Numbered from the whole stretch's first letter, positions 23,010-36,758 are shown. The stretch: DNA of 63,966 nt, filler included, from Reclinomonas americana ATCC 50394 (GCA_048213135.1; 13 parts of 13 records of this genome joined end to end with filler, not necessarily neighbours in it), one strand, 5' to 3'. Notes: generated from the letters alone by a model not told the origin. Program-made: numbers and translations.

Positions 23010-26000
23010 TGGCGTGGCCAATCATCAAGATGCACCGCACCGCATTCCCGAGAATATCTTGCACAAGCTGCGTTTGTGCTGTGAACAGCTGGAGGCGGTC
23101 GGCTGCCGCGACTGGACCTCCCAGGAACAGTTTCGTCGCCTTGATCATTATCTGCGGATGATTTCTGCTGCTCAACATCATGATACCTCGCAGTCTGCTG
23201 CGCGCCCTCCTGCTGGTTCCAGACAACGTGTTTGACGACGATCAAGGTAATGCCAGTGAGCTGTGTTCTTGCCTTTCATTTGTTGTTGCTTACCTGGTGC
23301 GCAGAGTGTGAGGGCCCTCTCACCACGCTGCTTGCTGCCTTTGCTCCGGCCGTCCTGGTGCATCAGCGCGCGGTTTCGGTGGACACGTGCATCGCTGAAG
23401 GGTGCGTGCGCGTGTGTGCAGCAGCCTCTTGTCAACAGTAGCGTCTCTTATACCTGCCTCACAGATCGCTGTATCATCGTCTTCTGGTCGAGTGCGTCCG
23501 GTGGCTCCAACAGCAGGGCGCCGTCGGCAGCCGCAAAGGCGCCAAGCTGCTGCAAGCCTTTGACATTGCGCGTGTTGGTACAGCGTTGTTGGCAGTGGCC
23601 GCGCGCGAAGTTGCGTGCCGCCTGTACTCTTGTACGACGCGTGACATCCTCCTCACCTTTCTCGGACCTCCACCAGTCGGCGGTTCCACAAGTCGAACGC
23701 GTCGTGTTGCCGCTGGCCGAATTGGCGCTGTCCGATGTGCACTTGTCGGCCGCGTCTCACGGCCTGTTCAAGGCCCTGCAGCAGGTATGCACGCACGCAT
23801 TCTCCGTTTGGCATTTGCCTCGTAGTGCTGACTTTGTGCAATTGCAGCACGTGCCGCACCGACTGATGAACCTCTTCCAGTCGTCTCTCGAGAGCCACTT
23901 GGCGGCGTTGACGGCTGCCGCCGCTGCCGAGGGTCAGCAGCACCGAGCGTGGCCTCAGTTTGCTCCGCTGTTTGCCAGCCTCGACAACACACAGGTATGG
24001 CGACGTGACAGATCCCATTGTGTCACCACCACCTTGACCGCTGATTTCCTGTGCGTCGTCACAGCTGCAAATTTGCATCCGCCTGGTCCGGCCACAGGCG
24101 GCCACCTTGTCGTCACGCCCGCAGTCGTGCTGCCTGCTGGTGCTCCAGGTGCTGGTCGATTTGTTGTCAGGTGTGTTTGTGGATACGGCTGTGTACACAT
24201 TCGTGGTGGTGTGTGTTCATGCGTGTGCGCGTGTAGTGATCGATGACTCGTCTGTCGGCGGCATGTACGCCGAAGTGGAATCGATGCTGCGAGATGTGTT
24301 CAGAGCCGCTGCCGACCACGCGGTGGTGAGAGCGTACTGCTTGTCGTTGCAGGAGAGTGGGCTTTGACGATTGACTGAAATCGTGTGTTGTACTGACAGG
24401 CTGAGTTCATGCAACATGTTGCTCCTGCGCGCTTCTGGGTTCGCCTTCTTCACGGTCTCCGCTCCATTGTGCAGCGGCTGGTCGACCACCACCCACAGCT
24501 CGTCAATCTGTTGCTGGTTGCCGTCTTCACTTCGCTGCTGCCGGCCATGGCGTCGATGGACAGCTACGGTTTGTTTTCTTGGGGTGCGAACACGACGAGT
24601 CATGGTTGCTGACGCACGGAGATGTGTGCGTGTTGGTGCAGAACATCTGGAGCAAATGCGCCTTTTCGTGCTCTCACTGCCCATGGCATCCCGCGACATT
24701 CTGCTCCATGTGACACACGCTCCGCTCTTGCTCGGCTTCCTGAGACACTCCACCTCGCGCATGTCCAAGTTGAATGCACTGCTGCTGCAGACAGCAGCAA
24801 TGGCCGACAGGTTCGTCACCTCTCTTTATATTACCGCCTTATACACCCTCAATCTTATCATATCATGCAACCCCGCGCAGTGCGTCGGCGGCGGCACCAC
24901 CACCAGCAGCAGCAGCAGCAGCACCGGCACCGGCACAACCGAGTGTAGCCCCGTACCCGCAGCTGACATATGTTCAATCGAACGCAAATTCGTCGGCTGC
25001 GCCAGCACAATCGCAAGCACCACCGCCACCGCCGCCGCCACCACCACCCCCAGCGCCACCAGCGCCCTCTGCAGCATCCTCGCTGGCTCTTCTGCGGCAA
25101 TTGGCCGAAGCGTGGCAGGAGTTGACGCTGGCCTGGGTGAATGTGTTCTCGTGGCGCCTGCTGTGCCAGAACTCCGACATGATGACACTGGCATTCGAGT
25201 ACCTCAGCTGGGCGTTGCAGTGGGGTTTCCTCACTGGCTGCCCGGTGCCCGAGGCACTGCGCACGTTCTTTACACATGGTGCGTCGTGCTGGCTACCAAT
25301 TCAACGCACTGAGACCTCACACCAACCGACTGTTCGTGTCACGCAGAAATCTCGTGGACAACTGCGTCGCCTGCACTCATTCAGTCGCGTCTGCCGAACA
25401 CGATTCTCGCCCGCCTAATTCTCCGTTTCGTGTCGGACACCGGTGCTCTTCCTTCTTGGGTCCTTGCTGTGCGAGCTAATGGTTGCTGCAGTGCACGGAC
25501 CGTCGATCGGACATGAGGATCTCGGTGCGCGAGTCATTGGCTTCCTTCGGTTGCTGTACGACATGGCAAATGCACCCGATGCGGTGCCACTGGCAGCTCT
25601 TGATGAAGTCGGGGTCGCGCTTGGCTCGTATCCGTCTCTGAGTGTGCCGTCGCCCCCGGCGTCCGCCGCTTCTGGGTCGGCACCGTCACCATCGGCAGCA
25701 CTGCTGATGTCGCCTGATCGAGCACGCCTTGTTGGCGACGCTGATCGCCTGGAGTTTGTGGAAGAGAGTGGCACATCAGCTCTCGACTTCCGGCCCTCGG
25801 CGACCGAACGCCCCAATCCCTTGGCGCTGGTGTGCGCGCGAGAAGCACGATCTGTGCTGTTCTTCTTTGTCAGTGTCTCGGACAGCGCTCCTCGTTGCGT
25901 TTGTATGCGTGCGCGCTGAGAACGCTGCTTGTTTGTCTCGATTGGTGCTCACGGAGCGGTCTGTTTGATCAGAGTGCTGGTCGCTCACCGCCAAGGACCA

Positions 26001-27800
26001 TGTAACTATTGTAAATGATATCATTATCCCGCTGGCCGTGCACTTTGGCCATACCACGCCGGGAGTGTTGACGGCACTGACGACATGCTTGTCGGTGTGC
26101 AAGTCACTTCAGCACATTGGTGAGTCCCGCTTTCTCTTTCTCCCCTCCCTTTCTCCTCTCGCTTTCTCATTTCTCGTGGTCGCAGGAGGGGCCGGTGCAA
26201 TGCTCGACCCGTCCGTCGGCAACGCATGGCTTCGGCGTGCCGGCGACTTTAGCCTGGTCTCGGAGGCCCTGGCGGCGTTCGAGGCTCCGGCTGTAGACTC
26301 GCAAGACAGCCGCAACATCAAGGAAGTTGTCGAGTGCCTCAACTCTTTGTCGACGTCGCACCGGCCGGTGGTCTTGCGGTTCACCGAGTTCCCGGGAATC
26401 ACCACCCTTCTCAACATGCGTGTGTTGCGTTCCGCTTCATGCTATTCATTTCTCCTTGGCCGATTGCTCACCGACACGCACAACAGATATCCGTCGTTCT
26501 CGCATCCCTCCTGCATCGACATGCACAGCGGGTACGAGCCCGAATGGGTGCGTCTGTGGGACCGCGTGGCGCATCTGGTTCTCTTTGCCTGCTCGCAGTG
26601 TCATCCTCCAGTCGCACTCGAGCTCGTGCGTGTGGCGCCGACGAGTTGCGTTCAGTTGTCCGTGCCCGTTACGTGCGATTGCTCACGATTTCGTGTTGCA
26701 CAGCCATGATGCCCACACCAGCAATGGCCCGTCTCCTGGAAGAGTCGTACTTTGCTTTCTACTCGCAAACTGGCGCAGCCACTGCACACACACACGCGTC
26801 TGCCGCACTGACACTCCCGCCGGTGCCACTCGGCAAATTCCAGCAGGTTTGTGTTTTGCATGCATGCACGAGTGTGTGTGTCGCATGCGCAGCTTATTTC
26901 TCACACTTGCGACACAGTTGTGCGTGGAGGCCTTTTGCCCACTGACGCTGTACACGCTGTGTCGCAAGTGCCTCGGTAGTGTGTGGATCGAGGCCGAGTC
27001 ATCTGCGTCGCTGGCAGGCGGCCCCATGCAGCACGTGTCGTTCCGCCACGCAAACTCCATCAACGGTGTCCCCGTCGGCGACGTCAGCTCGCGGCTGCGG
27101 TCGTCCGAGCCGGCACTCACCTCCGAGATCGTGGAAGTGTGCAGTGCGGTCAACCGATTCCAGCCGTCTCTGGTTCAGTCGCGACCGTTTGACGTGCTGC
27201 CTCTGTGGTTCCTGTTCCTGGAGCTGTGCGAGAGTGTAGCATTCGAGGGCGACGAGACAGCCCTGGCGGCACAGGTCTGCGTGTGCGTGCACGGTTGGCA
27301 AGAGTCTGCGCATGTATGCTCACCTGTTGTTCTCCGTTGTTCCACAGTTGTCGGCCTTCCTGGAGCATCTCGATGCGGTTCGTCGCTCGCTGAAGGGCGA
27401 GTCGGAGAACACGGGAGTGTTGTCTCGCATGCGTCAGTGGCTGAGCAATACGCTACATGGCCTGTCTCGGTCGGCCTCCTCGTCTGCGGCCGCGGGAGCA
27501 ATCGCCTCTGCCCCGCTCCCGGCGGGTGAGTCGTCGCTGCAACCGCTGGCACCGGCCGCTGGTCAGGCTGCCTCTCCGGCTCCTGCTCACGGCACGCCGG
27601 AGACGCCAGCCACGTACCACCGTCAGCACGTGTTGGCGATGGACTTGGCCATTCGGTTGGTGCAGATGTACACACAGCGGTCGTTGTACCGCAGTCGCAT
27701 GGCGCAGGCGCCGGCGCAAGCCACCAAGGATCTCGAGCGACTCGACGCTGACGTGCAGAAACTGCTGGCTCTCAGCACGAATCCAGACTACTCGCTTTGT
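23010..27800 (+). CDS. EPG5-like large helical autophagy tether, partial (bounded by gaps)
   Basis: Multi-exon helical protein. FQQLCVEAFCPLTLYTLCRKCL, VLPLWFLFLELC and LAIRLVQMYTQ...VQKLLALSTNPDY resemble, in order, recalled C-terminal motifs of EPG5. Not database-verified. Confidence 0.55.
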
Positions 27801-27855
27801 GCGTCTTGCACCCACTCTGCACGTGTGCCTCGTGCGCTTCGAACACTCACACAGC

Positions 27856-27942
<87 letters not shown>

Positions 27943-28074
27943 GTACGTACGACGTACGTACGTACGTACGTTCGNNNNNNNNNNNNNNNNNNNNNNNNNN
28001 NNNNNNNNNNNNNNNNNNTTAATTAATTAANNNNNNNNNNNNNNNNNNNNNNNNNNNNNNNNNNNNNNNNNNNN

Positions 28075-31000
28075 TGTGGTTGTCGTGATGGAAGTGTTGG
28101 TCGGCGCAGTTGCGGGCCGTGCAGTCGCGGCCGTTGGTTTGGGAGCTGGGTATGCAGTAGTGAGAAGGCACGAGTAAGTATAAGTAAGTCACACTTGCTC
28201 TACGGCGCTGCGTACCGACATGCAGGCGAATCGGCGCGACACCCTGCCGTATCAATGCTTGCCGTGGCTGTGGCGGCAATGGAGGGAACTCGGCCAGAAA
28301 TGAGGCCTCTGCCGCAGCACGCGCCGCAAGTCGACTGGACGGGAACATGGCGGGAATTGGCGCACCGGCGACACGCGAGGCCGAGTTGGGTGCGGAGCGG
28401 GTCGAGCTGGCGCGTCCACCGGCCGACGACCGTGTGGACGACGCAGGAGAAGGGTCAGCCGACAACACAGCCTCCAGTTCGGGCAGGGAGCACGCGGAGA
28501 GTGACTCTCTCGCGGCTGTAGTAGCACACACTGTTGGCCACGCACGCACTCACAAAAACAACGGCAAGAGAGATCTGAAACGAACCAGCGGCGGCTGCAG
28601 ATCCAGAAGCTCCCTCCGAAGGCGGATGGGGTTCCGTGGTGTTTGCTGGTGTCACGAGCGTGTTGTTCTGTGGTGCAGTCAGCTTGAATGCCCCCATCCC
28701 TGCTGCGGCAGACCGTGGAAGTGAAAGTTGCAGGGGTGGTGGCGGAGGCAACAATTGTGCCACCAATGGTGGTCGATCCACGGCCATGCTTGTAACATGT
28801 GCGTTGTCACTGTCGACACGCGCGGCCCTTACATGTGACGCACCAACGTCGCTCTCACTCCCGTCGTGTTCCATGGCCACGGGCTCCATCACCCTGTGCT
28901 GTGCGTCATTGTGGATTTGATTGATCAGTCACCGGCACCAGTGTGTTTTTTAACTTGTGCGCGAGTGCTCACCGTGGACAGAGGCACCGCTGTGTGAGGG
29001 CGTGTGTGTTGAAAAACACAGTCACGCGGCAGTCACGCGCGCCAGACCCACTCACTCAAGGAGCTCTTCTCTCGCGCGGGCGCGAAATCTCGCTGTAAAT
29101 GTTTTCTTGTCTGACTGCAACGGTCAAGAAAGCGTTTCTTCGATATTTACTGTTTCATGACGGATCGTCGTCATCGTCATCGCCATTGACAACTAGTGAC
29201 GGACCGGGTGCGTACCGATCGCCTGCGGCACTCACTTCGGTCGCCGCAGCGCCGCCCGTGATGTGTAAGTGTGAACTCGAGCCCGAGATGCCCAGTGCTC
29301 GGTCCACGAAACTGCTGCTGGTGGAGCGCAGCGGGTTCGGCAACCTGTACAGATCGCACAACGCATCGGCCAGATCGTAGCCGAGTCGCTTGTCTGCACG
29401 GCGAAGAGTGAGGTGGGAAAAATGCAGCGAAAGAGTACACACAAAGGCTCCGGACGAAACAGGACGCCGGTGTAAATTGTATGGGCTTGCGGCGTCCGTC
29501 CAGGGCGCAGTAGAATGACACCTCGAATGTGTAGCAGTGTGGACCGAGGAGCAGGAACTCACCGAGTGCACTGTGCAGGCGAAATGGGTGCGCGACACAA
29601 ACACAATCGCGAATCGACAGTGCACTCACCGACGACCCGATGCCAGCTTGCCCGGGTCTTTGCAGTACTTGGACGACGACAGGGAGAACATGGACGACCG
29701 AACGGCCATGAGTTTCGGCAGCAACATGGCCTGCGGGAGCGAGGAGAGCACGTCATGATGCAGCAGCAGCAGCAGCAGCGACAGGAGAGGCAGCGACGTG
29801 TGTGGGCACCTGGTTCGCATAGGGTTGATGGTCGGACCAGTTGACGTACATGAAGCCGGAGGTGGCGTTGGAGTGTGCATGAATGTCGACGAACAAGTCG
29901 ACACCCTCCGGCTGCTTCATGTACTCGATAATATGTCGTCGCGTGGCATCAATCGTGGGATGGAACACGGACGGACTGCGGCACGACGAATGAGTTGGCA
30001 TGGATCTGGGGCACGCAAGCAAGGCACACGAAACTTGAGCCAGGTACGATTGAGATCGTAGCCTAGCGCGTTGCAGCGATAGTTCCCCAGGAAGACGCCG
30101 TCGGGATTCAGCATCGGCACCACCACAAAGACCACGTGGTCACGCAGCACCTGCGCCGCCGGGTGCGAGCTGAGGATAAAGTCGATGAACCCTTCGCAGA
30201 TGAACGATGCCGGTGTCTCGCCGGGGTGGACGCGTGCCGTGATGAACACCACGCGCTGCAGTTGTTGTCGGTGAGATGGATCGATGACAGTGGACGATAC
30301 GGGATGGAATACAGGGGAAAGCAGACCTTGGAGCGACGTGAGTCGGGATTGGTGACTGTGAGGACGTCGAGCCGTCGCTCGTGCAGCGTACGGGTGAGCA
30401 AGTCGCGCCGTAGGAACGGAAGACGCAGGCTCTCCAAGTTATGCAGGTACTTTTGGAGACGAGTGTACCTGGGAGGGTGGTGAGTGACAACACTGGCACC
30501 TGAGTGCGCTCACGGTACGCACGTGTAGGGGAAGCAGTAGGCGAACTGGTACACGTCGTCGGGGTCGTCAAAGGCAAAGAGGAAGGAGATGACGTAGGCC
30601 TTGCCGTACTTCTTCGGGTGCTTGTACACCAGCATGTCACGTTCGGGAATGCGATGCCAGTGCGAGCTTCGTGGCCCCGACGATGTGCGCACCAGCGGCG
30701 TCATTCCCAGTCGGTGGAGACCCTTGCCCTTCTGCTCATCCACCCACATACGCACACAGTCACCATCCAGAGAGCGAGAAGAGAGAGAGAGAGCGAGAAA
30801 TCAGAGAGAGGGGAAGCGCAACTGACGAGTTGACAATGTGAAAGAGAACCACTTGATCGCGCATGGCATTGCGCACAGAAAAGTAGAACCAAAGGCGGTA
30901 CTTGGAGTTGTTGGTGTCGGGCTGGATGCTGAGCTCGTACTCGAACTCGTTGAGTCGCTCAGCGCGCGCCAAGTTACCCGACTCGTGATTCGCATCGAAA

Positions 31001-31243
31001 ATGAGCTGTGCGAGATAGAGAGAGAGAGAGAGAGAGTTGAGAAAAGAGGAGAGCACACACGACAGAGAGTTGGGAGGGAAGAGGGTGCGAAAGAGAAGAG
31101 AGAGAGAGAGTGAGGGTGAAGAAAAATCGACAGATATCGATGTGACGCACCTCTCCCCGTGGTGGTACCGCTGGAGTGAGAAGCAATGTGAGCAATGTAC
31201 AAGTGAGGAGAGAGACGTGTCGCAAGACAACGCAACAATCCAT
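28075..31243 (-). CDS. Cytosolic carboxypeptidase (M14D, CCP6/AGBL4-like tubulin deglutamylase) with long low-complexity tail; 3' end uncertain
   Basis: Spliced: MDSVPPRGELIFDANHESGNL, WFYFSV, YQFAYCFPYTYTRL, VFITARVHPGETPASF, PMLNPDGVFLGNYRC..GYDLNRTW, VDIHAHS, CYTFEVSFY. Zinc ligands and catalytic Glu are present. Confidence 0.92.
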
Positions 31244-31423
31244 TGTGCAGTTGTCTTCTCTCGCGTCAGACACAATTTGAACGGACACAGTCGACGTTGG
31301 CCGCGCACAGAAGATCATTCCTCGCGGGCGGGCGCGGTCGGCCAAGTGCGATGAAGGAATAGAAGAGGTCAACAACTGCTGCTCTGATGCACGTCACAGC
31401 AAAGATGCATCCGATGGTCGATA

Positions 31424-32818
31424 TCACGGACTCACGACGTTGGCGCAGGAGCTGCAAAACAACAACAACAGCATCCCTTCACTCACATGACAGAGAGCAC
31501 CAGTGCCATCACAGCAGACGAATCGCTGGCGTTGCTCACGGGTACATCACGGGAGCTGTCGAATGGCTGGTCCCAGGCCGCGCCAAACACCGCATGCCCG
31601 GCGACGTGGCCACGAGCGACGTTCCAGATGGCACTCGCGCTGTTGGTGAGTACGCGGGCGTACTCGGCTCGCGGTGAAACCTGGTGCAGCAGCTGCAGGT
31701 AGCGGTAGCCAATGCCCTTGAACTGCGGTGCGTCGGTGCCGGTCGGAGTGCCGTCGGTGAGCACGCCATCGGCCGTCACCTCCTTGCTGACCATGAACGA
31801 GGCCATGTCGTGTGCTTGGTCGAGGTACGTCGCGTCGCCAGTGGCGCGGTACAGCTCCACGGCGGCACCAATGCCGACACCCTCTGTTGGCGATAAATAC
31901 CGACTGTCAGCAACCCTGTTCACCTCGCACCCCTCCGTTCTGTTCTCTCCTCCTCGCACACACCATTGTAGGTAAACTGCCATTCCACGGGCTCGCACTG
32001 CGGAATGGCCAAGGGATCGGCCACATGGTGGGTGGTGGGGTCGACCATGCGCTGATGCCAGAACGCATACACCTGCTTCGCAAAGGCCAGTCGCTGCGGA
32101 TCCACTGGCTTCTTCAGCATGGCCAAGCGCGCCGCCGTGATCACCACCGCAAAGTTGCTGGCGGTGGCCTTTTGCGTGTGCTTCGTATCCCACCACACAC
32201 CACCGCCGCACACATGCGTGTCCCAGTTCGGCACAATGTGCTGCTCGTAGATGGACTCGGCGGTGGCCAGCAGTTCAGCGCGTGCCGACAGGCCGTACGC
32301 ACGAAGGAGCGCCAGCACCATCCAGTTCATGTCGTCAATGTAGTCGCGGCCGAAGCCTGCATGCACACAAGTGAGCAAGGAAGGCATGCTCGGGCTTTTT
32401 CTCCAAAGACAAACCTCGCGCCGACTGGCCCGCGTAGATGCTCATAAACACGGGCTCGTACACGGTGGTGTTGCCGGTGAGCGTCCACACGTCGACGATC
32501 GCTGAGTGCCCGCAGCGGGGTCAGTCATTTTTAATTATCGATCAGTTCCTTTTCTGCGTCGCTCTCACCATCCAAGCACTGCGCCAGATTCCAGTACTCA
32601 GACGCATCTCTGCCGCGCCCCGACGCCTCCACGTACTTGAAGAACGTGCGGCCGTGGGCATCATAAAACGCCGTCAGCATGTCATTCGCCGCACTGACGG
32701 CGTTGTCTGTGTTGTTGCTCCAGCGCACAGACAATGATTCTGCAGTAGCATGACCACTGCAGACAAGCACATACACGGAGAGGACGAAGCCGAAGACGGC
32801 GACAAAGGCAACGCGCAT
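31424..32818 (-). CDS. Secreted glycoside hydrolase family 76 (alpha-1,6-mannanase-like)
   Basis: Signal-like MRVAFVAVFGFVLSVYVLV; YWNLAQ; DYIDDMNWMVLALLRAY (catalytic DD); CGGGVWWD; FTYN; DAPQFKGIGYRYL. Confidence 0.9.
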
Positions 32819-32880
32819 TCTTGCAATACAAACTAAACACGACAAACGTGACAGGACGCACTCACTTTTTTCTCGTCATC

Positions 32881-34263
32881 ATGGCCGCTCGCACTGCTCT
32901 CGTCACTGGTTTGTCTCTCTTGCTCACACACACTTTTCACGCGTACACTGAGCTCTGCACATGACACAGGCGCCAACAAGGGAATCGGGTACGAAATCGT
33001 GCGCGGACTTCTCGCGCAAGACCCGCACTTGCGCGTGGTGCGTGCTGTGTCTTGCTCTCGCTCTCTCATACACTCTCTGAGTATCTGAATATGTGTGCGT
33101 GCGTGTGTGGCAATGAGTGCAGTACTTGGGTGCGCGTGACCGTGCGCTGGGAGAGGCGGCGGTGCGTGAGATTGTCGGAGCTGACGCGGAGGTCGTCGGA
33201 GACCGCCTTTCGTACTTGCATGTTGACCTCAATGACGAGGCCAGCATTGTGGAGGCGGCGCGACACATTGAGAGCACTGGTAAGTAGTGTCATGTTTCTC
33301 TCACGCTGGCTGCATGTGTGTGTCTTACTCTCTTGTGCATTGCAGGGCACGGACTCGACATTCTCGTGAACAACGCTGGCATGGCCTTCAAGGGCGATTC
33401 ATTCGACGAGAACGTGTTCCGCACGACTCTTGGTGGGTGTTCCCACCTGTTGTGTTACTTGCGTAAGTATGTGTGCAAGCTCCTCACACCGCGTGACGGG
33501 CAGCGGTGAACTATTTCGGGACCAAGGCGGTGACTCTTGCCATGCTTCCGCTGATGAACGACCACGGGCGCATCATCAATGTCACCTCGCAGGCGGTTCG
33601 TGCCTCGTGCATGCAGCTTCCCAAAGAATCCGACACTCACAAAGAACCGGTGCATGCAGGGTCTACTTAAGAATGTCCCCGGTCCCGAGCTCCGAGAGCG
33701 TTTCGTCCGCGCCACCGAGGACGTCACGTTTGCGGAGGTGGAGACTCTGTGCGAAGAGTTTGCAGTGGCCATTCGCGACGGAACCTTCTTGGACAAGGGT
33801 TGGCCAAAGTTTAGCTATAGTGGAAATGGTCTTCCTGCCCAGCTGCACTGCACAGCGTACTGACCAGTGTCTATGTGTCTGGCAGGTCGGCGTACTCGAT
33901 CAGCAAGGTGGCCGAGAACGTGTTGGTTTGTGGCATATCAATCTTGCACCACGTTGCTTTCTATAGACTCTGACTGCCCCCGCAGACGCGCATTTTCGCA
34001 CACCACCCCTCCGTCGAGCAGAAGCATCTGATGGTTGCCGCGGTGTGCCCCGGTGAGCGACAGACTGCAGTGCAATGCGTTACGCGAAAACTTCGGCTCC
34101 TTCGCTGACACCACTCATAGGTTACTGCGCCACCGACATGAGCTCTCACCGTGGACCCCGATCGGCGGCCAAGGGCGCAGAGACGCCCGTGTGGCTTGCT
34201 CAGGCGGCCCCGGAGGAGGTGCACGGACGCTTCTTCTTTGATCAGAGTGAGATTTCCTATTGA
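32881..34263 (+). CDS. Short-chain dehydrogenase/reductase, carbonyl reductase (CBR1)-like
   Basis: Spliced: ALVTGANKGIGYEIV, GLDILVNNAGMAFK, VNYFGT, GRIINVTS, GWPKSAYSISK (YxxxK), CPGYCATDM, GAETPVWLA. Confidence 0.93.
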
Positions 34264-34432
34264 GCGGGAAGAATGCATGGGGCAGGAAGCGAGAACGGAG
34301 AATGAACCCGCTTGCTGTGCCCAGTTCGACAGAGTGAGGCAGATGGCAAAACGTTGATGCATGCATGCATGATCAATGTGTCCTCGTCCGCCCCAACACT
34401 TCCATCATATCACTCAACACCAAACAGTGAAG

Positions 34433-36527
34433 ATGGACGCGCAGCGACTTGCACGGCTCCAAGCTCTCCAGAACATCATAGCCCAGATGCTGCAGGCAGA
34501 CAACATGCGTGTGCGCGAGGCGGAGCAGGTGCGAGGCATCACGTCACTTGTGTTCGTTCGGTTCTGTGGACCCCTCACATTGTGTGCATGCATGTTGTGT
34601 GTGTGTGTAGCAACTTGCCGATCTCGGCATCGGGGTAGTGCCGGATGCAGTGCACATCTGCTGCTTGGCAGTCGACGTGCCTGCTGCCTCGCGCCAGGTG
34701 CTCTCGCAAGTGTGTCCCCTCCCTCCTGCCTACTGTGATGACTGACTGACAGAGTNNNNNNNNNNNNNNNNNNNNNNNNNNNNNNNNNNNNNNNNNNNNT
34801 TAATTAATTAANNNNNNNNNNNNNNNNNNNNNNNNNNNNNNNNNNNNNNNNNNNNGGCAGCCATTATTCTCTGCTTGCGAGACGTGAAACCGCGCGTTGC
34901 GTTCTGATTCGAGTTTGCACAACGCGAGAACGCGAAAACAACTGAAAATGCGTTGTGCAGGTGGTCCAAGCTGCGGCTACTGCAATTGCCATGTATGCCG
35001 AGGAGGCGGAGCTTGATCTGGATGCATTCATGCAGCAGATTGTGGACGAGACCTTGGACGCTTATGAGAGGATTGGCGCGGGGGATGTGCGACTTACTTT
35101 GATCGACTGTATCGGCACACTCGGCACCGACAGACCAGCGTCGTTGGCGGAAGTGGCGGGCGACCGACTGGCTGGCGCATTCCTTCAGTGGGTCTGTTGG
35201 ATGCTCGATGTCACCATTGCTTGTCGATGTTTTGGTGTGTCTCACCATTGTATTTGCATGAATCTACAGTGGAGTGCTGCAGCTGACGACGATGAATCTT
35301 TTGTTCCACTTGTGGAGACCATCGCAAGTTTGGCCTCACCACTCAGCGAGTCATTTGTGGCACACATTGCAGAGATCTGCACTCGCTGCTTGCGGGTTGC
35401 CGCCGATGCTGTCGAGCGAGAGGTTGCGCCGTCGCCTGTGCATGCTCTCACCGTGTTGGAACTTGCCGTGTAACAAATTTTTTGTCCTTGCACAGGGAAA
35501 ACGTGAGAGAGCCACTGTGGTGGCGTGCATTGATCTCGTCTCTGCTGCAGTCGACAATGCTCTGCTGGCGGCCGCGATGCGTCCGGTGTTGCAGCGACCG
35601 ACAACTCTTGCGCTGATAGAGCGATGCATGCAGGTGAGAGAGTGCTCGGATGCGCGATACGACTGGACTTGTCGCCCTGCTCACTCACATTTCCATTCTG
35701 TGTTCGTCCTCTAGTCTGAAGAAGCTGCCATTCGACAGTCCTGCCACGCACTCGTCGGCAGCGTAGTGATGTCGGACCCACAAGTCCTGTTGCCGATTGT
35801 GCCGTCGTTGCTGCCACACATCTTGCGTGATGCTCAGCAAGTCATTTTCATTAATGTTTGCAATAACGCGATCTGGGCATTCGGCAAGCTGTTTCTCCGC
35901 CTTCGTTGCGTTTCTCGTCTCCGTAGTGTGCATCTGCGTTTGCTCATTTGTCTCCCGTTGACGTGCTTGCGTTTTTTTCTGCAGCTGCGGGAGACTTCGG
36001 CGCCGTTGTTCCCGCCATCCTGACCACCTGTTCCAATACGTTGCTTTCGGACATTAATATTGTCGGGCGCGGCGTCAGAGAGACGTGTGCTGTGACCGCT
36101 GGTGAAATTGCCAGTCGATTCCCGGCTGTGGCGGCACAGATGATGGCACTCGCCACGAGCGCGTGGCTTCAATGTTTGAGAATATGTAAGTGGGAAGCCG
36201 ACAAGGTGCAGGCGATATGCGGAGTGAGTGCGATGCTTGGCACCAGTTTGCCGCTTCTGGAGCAGCATCTGGTGCTCTTTGCACACTTGCTGCATTCTGT
36301 GGCGGATGAGTATGAGCCGGGAGCAGATGGTACTCTGCATCCACAAGTCCGATCGGTTCTGTCTCGTTGCGTGCGAGGAGTGTGTTGCCTGTCTCATGAT
36401 CACAGCAACTTTGTATACCGACGCACATACACACGCAGGCGTCGATGGTCTGGAAGAACGCTTGCTGCAAGGTGGGATCGAGAGGGAGCAGTGGCAGTGG
36501 ATACGGGAGACGTTTGACCTGGAGTGA
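34433..36527 (+). CDS. Divergent transportin-1/karyopherin-beta2-like protein, copy 1 (middle lost in the gap)
   Basis: Starts MDAQRLARLQALQNIIAQMLQADNMRVREAEQ; HEAT motifs LIDCIGTL, CMQSEEAAIRQSCHALVG, INVCNNAIWAFG, RETCAVTAGEI match transportin C-terminal repeats; ends ETFDLE*. Confidence 0.8.
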
Positions 36528-36534
36528 GGACGTC

Positions 36535-36600
36535 GGTAGAGACGCCCGTGTGCACGTGGCTTGCTCAGAGGATGTGCACGGGCGCTTCTTCTTGGAAGAA
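36535..36600 (+). pseudogene. Decayed copy of the SDR last exon, marking the duplication breakpoint
   Basis: agagacgcccgtgtg...tggcttgctcag...gtgcacgggcgcttcttctt aligns with 34179-34240 with deletions, and is followed by a copy of the 34268-34430 intergenic sequence. Confidence 0.85.
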
Positions 36601-36758
36601 TGCACGAGGCAGGAAGCGAGACCGGAGAATGAACCCGCTTGGTGTGCTCAGTACGGCAGAGTGAGGCGGATGGCAAACGTTGATGCATGCATGCATGATC
36701 AATGTGTCCTCGTCCGCCCCAACACTTCGACATCATATCACTCAACACCAAAACAGTG

